Of a DNA stretch of 64,000 nt, positions 54,860-64,000 are shown in pieces. The stretch lies in the NCBI GenBank assembly GCA_965218095.1, contig OZ244587.1:5504001-5568000 (forward strand), given 5' to 3'. This DNA comes from Candidatus Poribacteria bacterium (GTDB taxonomy: Bacteria; Poribacteria; WGA-4E; PCPOR2b). The position numbers and the translations under genes were made by a program. The notes under the pieces are model-generated. The model did no database searches. It was given only the letters and a program-made list of their open reading frames with translations, and was not told the DNA's origin. Position 1 is the stretch's first letter. Every line of letters begins with the position of its first letter.

Positions 54860-56050
54860 ATGCAGATTAAAACGCTTGAGATGTTGACGCTGCACATCCC
54901 CTTTTATGCGGATCATGTCACCCGACACATGCAGCATGCCTTGACGCACACCGAGCTTATGCAGGTGTACCGTGTCGAGTTGGATAACGGCGTCATTGGC
55001 TACGGCGAAAACATGGGAGACGAATCCGGCGCCTTCGATCGGGTCCTCGGACAAAACCCGTTCGCGATCATGCAGGATGACGGCATCGGTTTCGGCATTC
55101 AGATGTCCCTGTTCGACGCTGTTGGAAAAACGGTCGGTGTGCCAGTCTACCAGTTGCTAGGCACAAAAGTCCGTGATCGCTGCCCGATCGCATGGTGGGA
55201 TATTGACATGCCGCCGGAGGATTGGGTGAAGGAAGTAGAGGAATCGGTGAAGCACGGTTATATGTCGATCAAGCTCAAGGCACGTCCCTGGCGGGACATC
55301 TTCGCGCAAGTCGAAGCCGTTGGGAAGGTTGTCCCAGAAGGCTATAAACTCGACATCGATTTCAACGGTTTTCTCCGCACGGCGGACAGCGCGATGCCCA
55401 TCTTGCAAGAGTTAGATAAACATCCCAACGTCGCCATGTACGAAAGTCCGTACTATCTCGGCACAGATATTGAAGGCGCGGGGCGTTTGCAGGATGTGGT
55501 AGAAAAACGGATTGTTGAACACTTCAATGAGCCGTGTTTGCATGCCCGCTGCTGTGGTGGATTCGTTGTTGGCGGTGGTGCAACAGGGACACGGCGAGTC
55601 GGAGCGTTATGCGCATCATTTGACAAGCCATTCTGGTTACAGATGGTCGGAACGGGCATCACGGCGGCTTATGCCATGCACATCGGTGCGGTGCTGACGC
55701 CTGCGCAATTGCCGGCGATTACCTGTCATGAGTTGTGGGAACACGATTTGTTGATGCAGCGGTTAGAAGTGGTGGATGGAACAATTGCCCCGCCGGAAGC
55801 GCCGGGGCTGGGCGTCGAAGTTGATGAGTATGCGCTGGAACGCTATCGCGTTGAGCCGGGGACGCCTTCGCCCACACAGCTTTATAAGCAGAGGAAACGA
55901 ATCTGTCGTGTGCATATCCCCGAAGGCAAAGGCGGTGAGGACGTTCACGATTTCACGGGTGAGGATGTCTATTATCCCGCTTTCAGTGAGGGGAAGTATC
56001 CGGGATTCGTCCGGGGCGTCTGGATGGAAGTGATTGAATCGATGGGTTAG
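54860..56050 (+). CDS. Mandelate racemase/muconate lactonizing enzyme family protein
   Basis: KLKARPW, DFN, ESP, PEAPGLGV; C-terminus possibly clipped. Confidence 0.85.
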   Translation: MQIKTLEMLTLHIPFYADHVTRHMQHALTHTELMQVYRVELDNGVIGYGENMGDESGAFDRVLGQNPFAIMQDDGIGFGIQMSLFDAVGKTVGVPVYQLLGTKVRDRCPIAWWDIDMPPEDWVKEVEESVKHGYMSIKLKARPWRDIFAQVEAVGKVVPEGYKLDIDFNGFLRTADSAMPILQELDKHPNVAMYESPYYLGTDIEGAGRLQDVVEKRIVEHFNEPCLHARCCGGFVVGGGATGTRRVGALCASFDKPFWLQMVGTGITAAYAMHIGAVLTPAQLPAITCHELWEHDLLMQRLEVVDGTIAPPEAPGLGVEVDEYALERYRVEPGTPSPTQLYKQRKRICRVHIPEGKGGEDVHDFTGEDVYYPAFSEGKYPGFVRGVWMEVIESMG

Positions 56051-56106
56051 ATCTGGAAGTTCAGATGAAAGAAAACACAACCATTGTATAATAACCCAAG
56101 TTGCTA

Positions 56107-58182
56107 GGTTCTGTTGACATTTCAAGGGAGCCATATAAGAGTGGCGACAAAGCTGAGAAATCCAAAATAACGGACAGCTAACTTCTCGAACCGAGAGAAG
56201 ATGCGGCGATACCATTTTATCTTGTTAATGAAACATTCAACCCGATGTCTCTCTTTGTATAAGTGTTTGTCGTACGTTCTTTGGTCAACACGATGACTTT
56301 TTGGCGGTATCACTGCAATCGCTCCATTCGCCTTGATAACCGCGATAAAATTGTCGGAGTCATATCCCTTGTCTCCAATCACATACTCGCTTTTATATCC
56401 AAGTATCAACGCTTCTGCTTCCGCTATGTCGTTTCTTTGACCGGGCGTCAGATGAATTCTTAGTGGATTACCCAGGCCGTCAACGGTGATGTGATTTTTT
56501 GTACTGAATCCCCCGCGAGAGCAGCCTAACGCTTGGTTTTCAGTGCCACCCTTTTTTTTAAGGCACCCGTCGCACACGGGTGCGCTCGAATGATTGTACT
56601 GTCCACAATAAGCGACTCGATATCGGGGTCGGCGGCGAAGTGGTGGTGCATCTGTGTGAAGACCCCTTTGTCGCACCACCGAGCAAACCGCTTATAGAGG
56701 GTGTTCGATTTACCATAGGTGTCTGGCAGAAGTCTCCATTGAGCACCGCTACGGGTCGCCCAGAGAACAGCTTCGATAAAGCGGCGTGTTGTCGCTTCGT
56801 TGCCAACATAGATGTTGGGACAAGTTAGAAGAAACGAGTATATCTTTTTCCATTGGTCATCGGGTAAGGTTTATAATGGTCCCCAATATTCGGGCCAGGA
56901 GTTAAGTAAGAAATAACGTCTAACTCCCGTCCACCAATGGAGGTCTGAATATGTCAACCAAACGGATTCGGCATACTGCCAAATTCAAGTTTCAAATAGC
57001 CGTTGAAGCCATCAAGCCCGATAAAACTATCAACCAATTGGCAAGCGAGCATCAGTTGCACCCAAGCCAAATCAGCCAATGGAAGAAACAGTTGCTTGAA
57101 CAAGGTAGCGATATTTTCGCTACCAACCCGACCCAGCGACAGCGTGAGCAAAATGACAGGGAGTCGAGCCTGTATGAGCAAATGGGGCGGTTGAATATGG
57201 AACTCGACTGGTTGAAAAAAAAAGCTGCCTCAAGCCGCTGAACAGAGACGGGCACTCGTTGAACCCGACCACCTGAAACTGAGTATCCGTCGTCAGTGTG
57301 AATTACTCGGTTTTTCCCGGTCAACCCTCTACTGTCAACCGGCTACAGAGTCAGCAGACAATCTGCATCTGATGAGATAAATAGATGAGCAGTATCTGCA
57401 AACCCCTTTCTATGGGAGTCGTCGAATGACACAACATCTTAAGCGGCTTGGCTACCGTGTGAACCGCAAACGCATCCAGCGACTGATGCGTTTGATGGGT
57501 ATAGAAGCGATTTATCCCAAACCCTCAGCCATCAACAGCGAGCATCGGATTTACCCATACCTATTACGGGACTATGAGGTGACCGCTGCCAATGAGGTCT
57601 GGTCGGCTGACATTACCTATATCCCGATGGATAAAGGGTTTATGTATCTGGTGGCGATACTCGACTGGTATAGTCGTTACGTCATCACTTGGGAGTTATC
57701 CAATAGTCTATCAGGGCAGTTCTGTCTCGACGCTTTGCATCACGCATTATCTGGGGCAACCCCCATCATCTTCAATACTGACCAAGGTGTCCAGTTTACA
57801 GCCAATGCTTTCACCGATACGGTCGAAGCCGCTGATATTGCTATGAGTATGGACAGCGTGGGGAGAGCCATTGACAACATTTACATTGAGCGGTTTTGGC
57901 GAAGCGTCAAGTATGAAGATGTTTATCACAAACTTTACCAAACAGGGCAAGCCCTGTTTGATGGATTAACTCAATATATCCGTTTCTATAATCAACAGCG
58001 ACCTCACCAGAGTCTAAATTATGCTACCCCGGCTGAGGTCTATCTGAGCTAAAGCAGTGTCAGTTTATCTCAAATATCTTACTTATTTTTCCTGTATTTT
58101 GGCCTCGACAATGGGTCCACTTTAGTTATTGGCATCATTCTTCTATTATGCCACAACCTTATACTCAAATGTCAACAGAACC
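56107..58182 (-). mobile_element. IS5-family insertion sequence (copy 3), interrupted by IS3
   Basis: 2076 = 820 + 1253 + 3 bp; both IRs present; TA flanks. Confidence 0.92.
56872..58124 (+). mobile_element. IS3-family insertion sequence (copy 2), orfB with nonsense mutation
   Basis: 1253 bp, TSD GTT; near-identical to 22697-23949; CAA>TAA at 57378. Confidence 0.93.
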
Positions 58183-58184
58183 TA

Positions 58185-58412
58185 GTGCTAGAAGCAATGT
58201 ATCAAGATTTACTTAATATGAGAACAGGAATAGCAAGAGATAATTTATCTCAAGAAAAAATCAGAAATATAAAAATTCATGTCCCGCCGCTTGATATTCA
58301 ACAGCGGTTAGTGGCAGAAGTCGAGCAATTAGAATCAGAAATCACCCAAGCCCAAGCCGTGATTGACAAAGCCACCGAGCGCAAAAATGTCATTCTCACA
58401 AACTATCTATAA
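58185..58412 (+). pseudogene. RM specificity (S) domain C-terminal fragment
   Basis: NLSQEKIRNIKIHVPPLDIQQRLV; 5' part removed at the IS5 end. Confidence 0.75.
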
Positions 58413-58430
58413 AAAAACAGAAAAAAGCAC

Positions 58431-58504
58431 ATCAGTTGTGGCGGATTCGGTTAGTTGTACACTTTTTGGCAAACTTGCGCTGCAACTGATCTCAGTAATT
58501 AAAC
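58431..58504 (+). other. Degenerate attC-like site
   Basis: ATCAGTTGTGGCG / CGCTGCAACTGAT arms ending ATTAAAC (GTTRRRY-like). Confidence 0.4.
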
Positions 58505-58531
58505 GAAGTCAGAGAAAGGAGCAAGAGGAAA

Positions 58532-59785
58532 TTGGGACCAATCACGCTCTTCGATAAATCGTTCCTACAGTCGCTTAACGTTGATGAATCGGTGTGGTTT
58601 GACAACTTCTTCTATTCTATTATCTGCCCGATCTTCTATGTGGAGACACTGGCGGATCTAAAAAAGCCAAAACTTCACAGACCCCCTGAACAAGAAGTTG
58701 GAATAATCGCAGACAAGTTTCCGGAAATGCACTGTGCACCAACACTGCATCATCAAGAGATGGTGATAGGTGATTTGCTAGGAAACCATGTTCCACTCAC
58801 TGTCCGGATTCCAAGAGACCCTAGTCGGCTCGTGAAATCCGATAGACATAAAGGTGTTATTTTCGAGGAATCGCCTGAAGAAGAAGCGTTTCTTCGTTGA
58901 CAGTCAAGAGAGTTTCATGACCTTGAACGCAAATTCGCAAGCACTTGGCGTACGAATCTTGAATCCCTTGATTTAAAAAGGATTCCTGATGAATTCCGGA
59001 ATCTTGGGATATCAGGCCGTAATTGCAAGTCATTACAAGAAGCCAAGTCAATCGCTGACGCTCTTGTAAACGGGACCGACAAAACACTTGAGGCGTTGAG
59101 ATTTGTGTTCTTTATTCTTGATGTTCCAGAAAGAGATCGCAACTTAATAATGGAACGTTGGTTAAAATCCGAGTTGCCATTTCTGTCAAGCTTTGCTCCG
59201 TACGCTGCGCATGTTCTAACGATAGAGATCTTCTTCCGAATCTCGCTTGAAGCCAGCCAAATTTCGTCGGATCGACCCTCGAATCGTTTAGATATCGCTT
59301 ATCTGTACTATCTTCCTTTCTGCCAAGTGTTCGTTTCATGGGACAAACTTCATCGTCGATGCGCTCCTCTCTTCTTGAGAGAAAACCAGACCTTCATTTG
59401 GGGGCCAGAACTAGAAAGTGCACTATCTGCCCTGGATCAACACTACAGTGCCTTGCCGGAAAGCGAAAAAGAAAAAGGCGTGATGCACTTTGCGCCATAT
59501 CCTCCAACCGAAATTGAGTCAATCATATCGCAAGAATGGGATAAATATCTGCATGGCTGGCGAGAATGCGCACAGGAGCCACCGATTAAACCAGATCTGA
59601 ATCCCGGGATCGTTAAGGAATTGACAAACCTTACTGAAGCCCCACCTCTACAGCCGGAGGCGGTCGATTTCAACCCAGAAGATGCCAACGTAATGGCTGT
59701 AAAGCGAAGGGTGCGTAAGACAAAGGGAAAATGGTGGCAGTTACCCCGCGACTTAGAGGATAAGAACGATGAGAAAAGCCGATAA
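58532..59785 (+). pseudogene. Hypothetical cassette gene with an internal stop
   Basis: MGPITLFDKSFLQSL...; TGA at 58898; the same frame continues to 59785. Confidence 0.7.
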
Positions 59786-59787
59786 GC

Positions 59788-59841
59788 GGCTAACAAGTGG
59801 GTCAAGCGGACCCGCGAGGCCGCTTACCCAAGTCGTTAGGG
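59788..59841 (+). other. attC integron recombination site
   Basis: GGCTAAC-aag-TGGGTCAAGCGG...CCGCTTACCCA-agtc-GTTAGGG with an extrahelical base, 2 nt after a stop codon. Confidence 0.8.
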
Positions 59842-59859
59842 AAAACGGGGAGGACAAAA

Positions 59860-60122
59860 TAGCAATATCACCAAAGTGCATCGTATTCGCATTGATTTTC
59901 ACCGTCTCGGTTTTCCTCGTTTACGTTTTGGCGACTGATACCATCAGAATGAAGATGGATCTGCCACAGCGAATCAATGCTTCTTTTCGACTATTTAAAA
60001 CTCAAAATATGTGGACGCATCTTCTGCTAGACACGCGCAATGGACGTGTTTGGCAAGTTAGCTTTAGTGTCAATGCAGAAGGTCTTAACGGGAATGTTAA
60101 TATCATTGTTACTTTTACTTAA
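59860..60122 (+). pseudogene. Hypothetical exported protein fragment
   Basis: Hydrophobic leader then FRLFKTQNMWTHLLLDTRNGRVWQV; no clean start. Confidence 0.4.
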
Positions 60123-60149
60123 CCTGATAGTAAAAATAAGGAGGGAGAT

Positions 60150-60857
60150 ATGCTACGCTTTATCTGGGTCGCGTGCCTGATGGCTTTTATCGGCTTTGGC
60201 TGTGGTGGTGATGATGCCACTGATGGTGGTGGCACTCCCACGGTACGTCTTGTCAAAGATACCAGTGATAGTGATCACCTTCATACCAGTGGTAGTTATC
60301 ACCTTCAGTGGGATGAACCGCTTTTAGCGGATCGGATAGTTTTAGTCCATGTGATATATAACCCTATAAAGTACACTAATAGAAAGATTACCTTTCTATT
60401 TGGTGAGAGTCATCAATCTGAGAAATTTACCCTTCCTAACTATCATCGAGAGCTTACCGCCCGCCTTCGCGGGGAGCTTACCGCCCGCCTTAAGTGGATT
60501 CTTAAGGGCTCTCAGAAGGACGGTTTTTACTTTGAGCGGACAGGATTGGGTCAAGAGGAAATGTGGGTGGACTTTCGTTTTCCGTATCTCGGAGAGAGGG
60601 TTATTGAAGACTACTTGTACATCTGCCGCACGGGAAATATTCAATCGGAGCAAATCCAAGTTTCTCAATTTTCTCCTTCGGTTCTGATAAAGCTCCCCCC
60701 CGCAGATGATCGGTTTAATAATCTCGAGCTGCCCAAGAGCGCATATAATGCGAATGGTGAGGGTGACGAGAAAATTCTTGTCGAATATCCATTTCAACCG
60801 TACAAGGTAGGCGATCCGTCAGAGCTTACCTTCGAGTGGAGAAAGGAAGGTTCTTAA
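60150..60857 (+). CDS. Hypothetical lipoprotein
   Basis: AGGAGG RBS, FIGFGC lipobox; internal ELTARL duplication. Confidence 0.65.
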   Translation: MLRFIWVACLMAFIGFGCGGDDATDGGGTPTVRLVKDTSDSDHLHTSGSYHLQWDEPLLADRIVLVHVIYNPIKYTNRKITFLFGESHQSEKFTLPNYHRELTARLRGELTARLKWILKGSQKDGFYFERTGLGQEEMWVDFRFPYLGERVIEDYLYICRTGNIQSEQIQVSQFSPSVLIKLPPADDRFNNLELPKSAYNANGEGDEKILVEYPFQPYKVGDPSELTFEWRKEGS

Positions 60858-60986
60858 TCATGAAACTTTCTGATTAGCTTCCGAGTCTTATTACCGCCAA
60901 GCTTATTATTGCCTCTGCCTTCTTTGGTTATGCTACGTTAAAGGAGGATGTCAAGCTGTTATCCAAAGACATAGAGAATATTCGCA

Positions 60987-61220
60987 GTGAACTGTCAGCG
61001 CAACGTCAAGAATTTCGTGCGGACTTACAAGGCGTCCGCGCACAAAGGCAAGTTCTTGGTCATTGACATCGAAACGGGTGAATACGAAATGAACGCTGAC
61101 GATTTGGTAGCCACGAAACGTCTACTTGCCAAGCATCCCAATGCTGTCGTTTACGGTTTACAAATCGGGTTTCCAACTGCTTATCGAATCGGCGGACACT
61201 TTTCGGTGAAAACACAATGA
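60987..61220 (+). CDS. Small hypothetical protein, probably degraded at the 5' end
   Basis: KGKFLVIDIETGEYE...AYRIGG; overlaps a truncated MITG start. Confidence 0.5.
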   Translation: MNCQRNVKNFVRTYKASAHKGKFLVIDIETGEYEMNADDLVATKRLLAKHPNAVVYGLQIGFPTAYRIGGHFSVKTQ

Positions 61221-61239
61221 TAACTGGAACGGAGAGTTT

Positions 61240-61488
61240 TTGATGGACTACAAAATACCACTTGTTCTGACACCACCACCTGAAGGGGGATATACAGTGA
61301 CTTCCCCTCTGTTGCCTGAGTTGGTAACCGAAGGTGATTCGTTAGACGAAGCATTAGAAAACGTCAAAGACGCTCTTGCTGCGGTCATTGAGCTATATCA
61401 GGATCTGGGACGTTCATTGCCTGAGAACACCCAGATTCCTGACGCGAATAGTCCCGTGTGGCTAGAAACGGTGGTCTCCGCCTCATGA
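61240..61488 (+). CDS. hicB: HicB-family antitoxin
   Basis: EGGYTVTSPLLPELVTEGDSLDEALENVKDA. Confidence 0.85.
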   Translation: MMDYKIPLVLTPPPEGGYTVTSPLLPELVTEGDSLDEALENVKDALAAVIELYQDLGRSLPENTQIPDANSPVWLETVVSAS

Positions 61489-61524
61489 AATATCGAGAAG
61501 TTGCTCGAAAATTAACAGCCCTTG
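61485..61524 (+). pseudogene. HicA toxin 5' stub
   Basis: ATGA-coupled MKYREVARKLTAL then an abrupt junction to an attC half-site. Confidence 0.6.
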
Positions 61525-61583
61525 TCGGTAAACCCCCGCCGTGCTCGTCCGATTCATCGGACAACTGAGGTTGGTCGTTAGGC
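61525..61583 (+). other. attC right half-site with an inserted palindrome
   Basis: TCGGTAAACCCCCGCCG..CAACTGAG..GTTAGGC aligns with the right arm of attC 63290-63417. Confidence 0.6.
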
Positions 61584-61625
61584 GCCAAAAGAGACCATCA
61601 TTGAAAAAGAGGAAATATTTGAAGA

Positions 61626-63077
61626 ATGCCGGTTAACGCTATCCAAGAGATTAAGAGAACCGAAGATACCAGAGATGATATGCTTTTGGGGCAGATAGAG
61701 GAACTCGATAAATCCCTAACCGAATATTTTCCCGATACGCTTGTCGTTGATAATGCTTTGACCAGAAAACTGGTCAGTTTCCAAGCCAATAAAGCCCGTA
61801 CACACTATAGATGGTACAAATACAAAGAGGCATTTTCTGCTGATTTAGTGGAATATCTTTTCCGCAAGTATAATGTAATAAAAGGTAAAATACTGGAGCC
61901 TTTTGCGGGTGCGGGGACCGCTTTATTTGCCTGTTCCTCTTTGGGTTATCACTCTGAAGGTATTGAAGTATTACCGATTGGGCAAAAAATCATAAGAGCA
62001 AATGTGCTCGCTAGAGGTGCGAATAAACAGAGCATTGTTTCTGGATTAGAAAGCTGGTTACTTCAAAAGCCTTGGAAGGCCGAAGGTGAAATTAAGGATT
62101 TTGAAGTGCTTCGTATAACCGATGGCGCGTATCCTCAAAAAACACACCACAAAATCGGAAGGTATCTAAATGAGTTGGAGGGTGAACCTCCAGAAACAAA
62201 AGAGATATTACTGTTTGCCCTGTTATGCATTCTGGAGCCGATAAGCTATACAAGGAAAGATGGGCAGTACCTCCGATGGGATTACAGATCTGGACGCAGA
62301 AATGGTAAAAACACCTTTGACAAAGGAAAGATTTTGCCATTCGATGAAGCCATTGTAGAAAAGCTAAACGAAATAAAAGATGATATTAACCTTGGGGATG
62401 GCAAGGACGATCTATTCTCATTTATGCAGGAGGATATACAGGCAGGCGATGTGAATTTATTAAAAGGGTCATGTTTAGAGGTTCTTCCGAAATTGGAAAG
62501 CAGGGCTTATTCTGGGATAATTACATCACCACCCTACTGCAATCGTTATGATTATACACGCACTTATGCCTTAGAACATGCACTGCTTGGGGTTGATGAA
62601 ATTGGGTTAGCGGGCTTGCGGCAAGCGATGTTAAGCTGCACGGTAGAAAACAAAGCGAAAGCACTGATTGACCTAAATCCCGAATGGCAAACGGCTATAG
62701 GCATTTGTGATGGCTTACCTTTATTGCAGGGGGTATTGAACTATTTGGATTACAAAAGAGATAAAAAAGAACTCAATAACAGTGGAATTACTCGTATGGT
62801 GAGAGGTTATTTTTATGAGATGGCTTGCGTTATCCAAGAATGTTACAGGGTATTGGATAAAGGCGGCATGATGTTCATGGTTAATGACAATGTTAGGTAT
62901 GCTGGGACTGCAATATCTGTAGATACAATCCTCTCAAAAATAGCTGAAGACATTGGATTTCAAATAGAAAATATCCTTGTTCTGCCTCAAGGTAAGGGGA
63001 ATAGCTCCCAACAAATGGGTAAGCACGGACGCGAAGCACTAAGAAAATGTGTCTATGTATGGAAAAAGGATCAATAA
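61626..63077 (+). CDS. Site-specific DNA methyltransferase (m4C type, BsoBI/AvaI-like)
   Basis: EPFAGAGT motif I, ITSPPY motif IV; precedes an REase stub. Confidence 0.85.
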   Translation: MPVNAIQEIKRTEDTRDDMLLGQIEELDKSLTEYFPDTLVVDNALTRKLVSFQANKARTHYRWYKYKEAFSADLVEYLFRKYNVIKGKILEPFAGAGTALFACSSLGYHSEGIEVLPIGQKIIRANVLARGANKQSIVSGLESWLLQKPWKAEGEIKDFEVLRITDGAYPQKTHHKIGRYLNELEGEPPETKEILLFALLCILEPISYTRKDGQYLRWDYRSGRRNGKNTFDKGKILPFDEAIVEKLNEIKDDINLGDGKDDLFSFMQEDIQAGDVNLLKGSCLEVLPKLESRAYSGIITSPPYCNRYDYTRTYALEHALLGVDEIGLAGLRQAMLSCTVENKAKALIDLNPEWQTAIGICDGLPLLQGVLNYLDYKRDKKELNNSGITRMVRGYFYEMACVIQECYRVLDKGGMMFMVNDNVRYAGTAISVDTILSKIAEDIGFQIENILVLPQGKGNSSQQMGKHGREALRKCVYVWKKDQ

Positions 63078-63168
63078 ATGCCGTTTAATAACCACCTGAA
63101 ATCGTACGAAAATTTAATTACTCCCTATGAGGAGACGCGGGCAGGATTTATTTCCTTTATGCTTTAAT
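63078..63168 (+). pseudogene. AvaI/BsoBI-family restriction endonuclease 5' stub
   Basis: MPFNNHLKSYENLITPYEETRAGFISF then stop; family recalled from the N-terminal motif. Confidence 0.6.
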
Positions 63169-63289
63169 AGAACAAACACCGATGAAGGCACTCACATACT
63201 GAATCAAAACCTCTGCTATTCTAAACGGCGAAAAATGGGTCAATGAGTGGCTGGCAACATGCAATTGATTCAAAGTATCCAGTGAACGC

Positions 63290-63417
63290 ACCTAACCAGC
63301 TGTTGCAGTTGACGGCGGGGCACTGTGGTTTTATGACTGTTTTTGGTTTGTGGCGGGGTTTGGTTGTCGGATGTGTTTCGGCAACCCCCCGCCACAACTG
63401 AACTTGGGGCGTTGGGC
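63290..63417 (+). other. attC integron recombination site
   Basis: ACCTAAC..GTTGCAGTTGACGGCGGGG...CCCCGCCACAACTGAAC..GTTGGGC with an extrahelical base. Confidence 0.75.
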
Positions 63418-63502
63418 ATACACGGTCAATCAGATGTCTTTAATTCAGGAAACGGGGTTTTCCTTGCCACAACACTTAGCTGAGGGCTGGTTTATAATTG
63501 TT

Positions 63503-64000
63503 TTGAAAAGATTTATCACTTTTCACTTATGGGTTGCAATCCTGATCTCGATTCTCAGCGCCGATCTCGCGGAGCCACAGAAGAATTCTCTGAGTGTCGT
63601 CGGCGCGTTGAGCGGCGAGACCGACAAGGGATTCGCTCGCGCCTTTGAGCCAATGACACTTCAGTTTCCACACGATCACGGCCCACATCCAGGCTATAAA
63701 ACCGAGTGGTGGTATTATACCGGCAACCTGCGGACTGATAGTGGTCAAGATTTCGATACGCCCCGCTACGCGAGGGCAGAGCCTGCCCCGATTCATCGAA
63801 TCTCTTCTGCTACTCAATCCAAGGATTTTGGCTATCAACTTACCTTTTTCCGCTTCGCCCTAACACCTCAAATGCCAGAGCGGATTTCAAATCTTGCCAC
63901 GAACCAGATTTACATGGCCCACTTTGCCCTGACAGATGCAGCACACAGTCAGTATTTCTGCTTTGAACGCTTTAGCCGGGGAGCTGGCGAACTGGCAGGA
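63503..64000 (+). CDS. AttH/lipocalin-like (carotenoid 1,2-hydratase-like) secreted protein, runs off window
   Basis: FPHDHGPHPGYKTEWWYYTGNL...GYQLTFFR...YMAHFAL; not in the ORF track. Confidence 0.82.
   Translation, partial: MKRFITFHLWVAILISILSADLAEPQKNSLSVVGALSGETDKGFARAFEPMTLQFPHDHGPHPGYKTEWWYYTGNLRTDSGQDFDTPRYARAEPAPIHRISSATQSKDFGYQLTFFRFALTPQMPERISNLATNQIYMAHFALTDAAHSQYFCFERFSRGAGELAG

Noticed and set aside
2-58412. Phase-variable hsdS shufflon linking the two S-domain sequences
   Set aside because: No shared inverted repeats or nearby invertase; the sequences are dissimilar, 57 kb apart and in the same orientation
4869-58900. Stop-codon reassignment or selenocysteine/pyrrolysine readthrough
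   Set aside because: TGA, TAG and TAA all occur internally, replace different expected residues (R, Q, W), coexist with frameshifts, and all three also end intact genes

Overview
A 64 kb bacterial window rich in heterotrophic catabolic genes: sulfatases, a BNR sialidase, CE7 esterases, enolase-superfamily enzymes, Gfo/Idh/MocA oxidoreductases, PhyH and acyl-CoA ligases. A LamG protein ending in VEPxxKxTTTWGxxK suggests a Poribacteria-like organism (inference). The window opens with a type I RM locus (hsdS, hsdR, M48 peptidase) and shows heavy decay. At least 11 in-frame stops are each explicable by one C>T or G>A transition, and there are several frameshifts and short tandem duplications. Mobile DNA includes three IS5-family copies, two near-identical IS3-family copies, one IS982 plus fragments, MITE-like elements and several palindromic repeat families. 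Features missed by the ORF track: (1) an ORF-less group II intron (22113-24121) with readable EBS1/EBS2, parasitised by IS3, whose flanking exons come from two different genes, with the intervening permease genes lost; (2) an integrase-less attC cassette array (about 58185-63417) carrying defence cargo (RM S domain, HicAB, BsoBI-like RM), plus a second attC cluster near 31.9 kb; (3) palindromic repeats inserted in-frame into coding genes; (4) a 15x 9-bp repeat that multiplies a start codon; (5) a candidate structured ncRNA between hsdS and hsdR. All calls come from reading the sequence by eye; no database searches were run.
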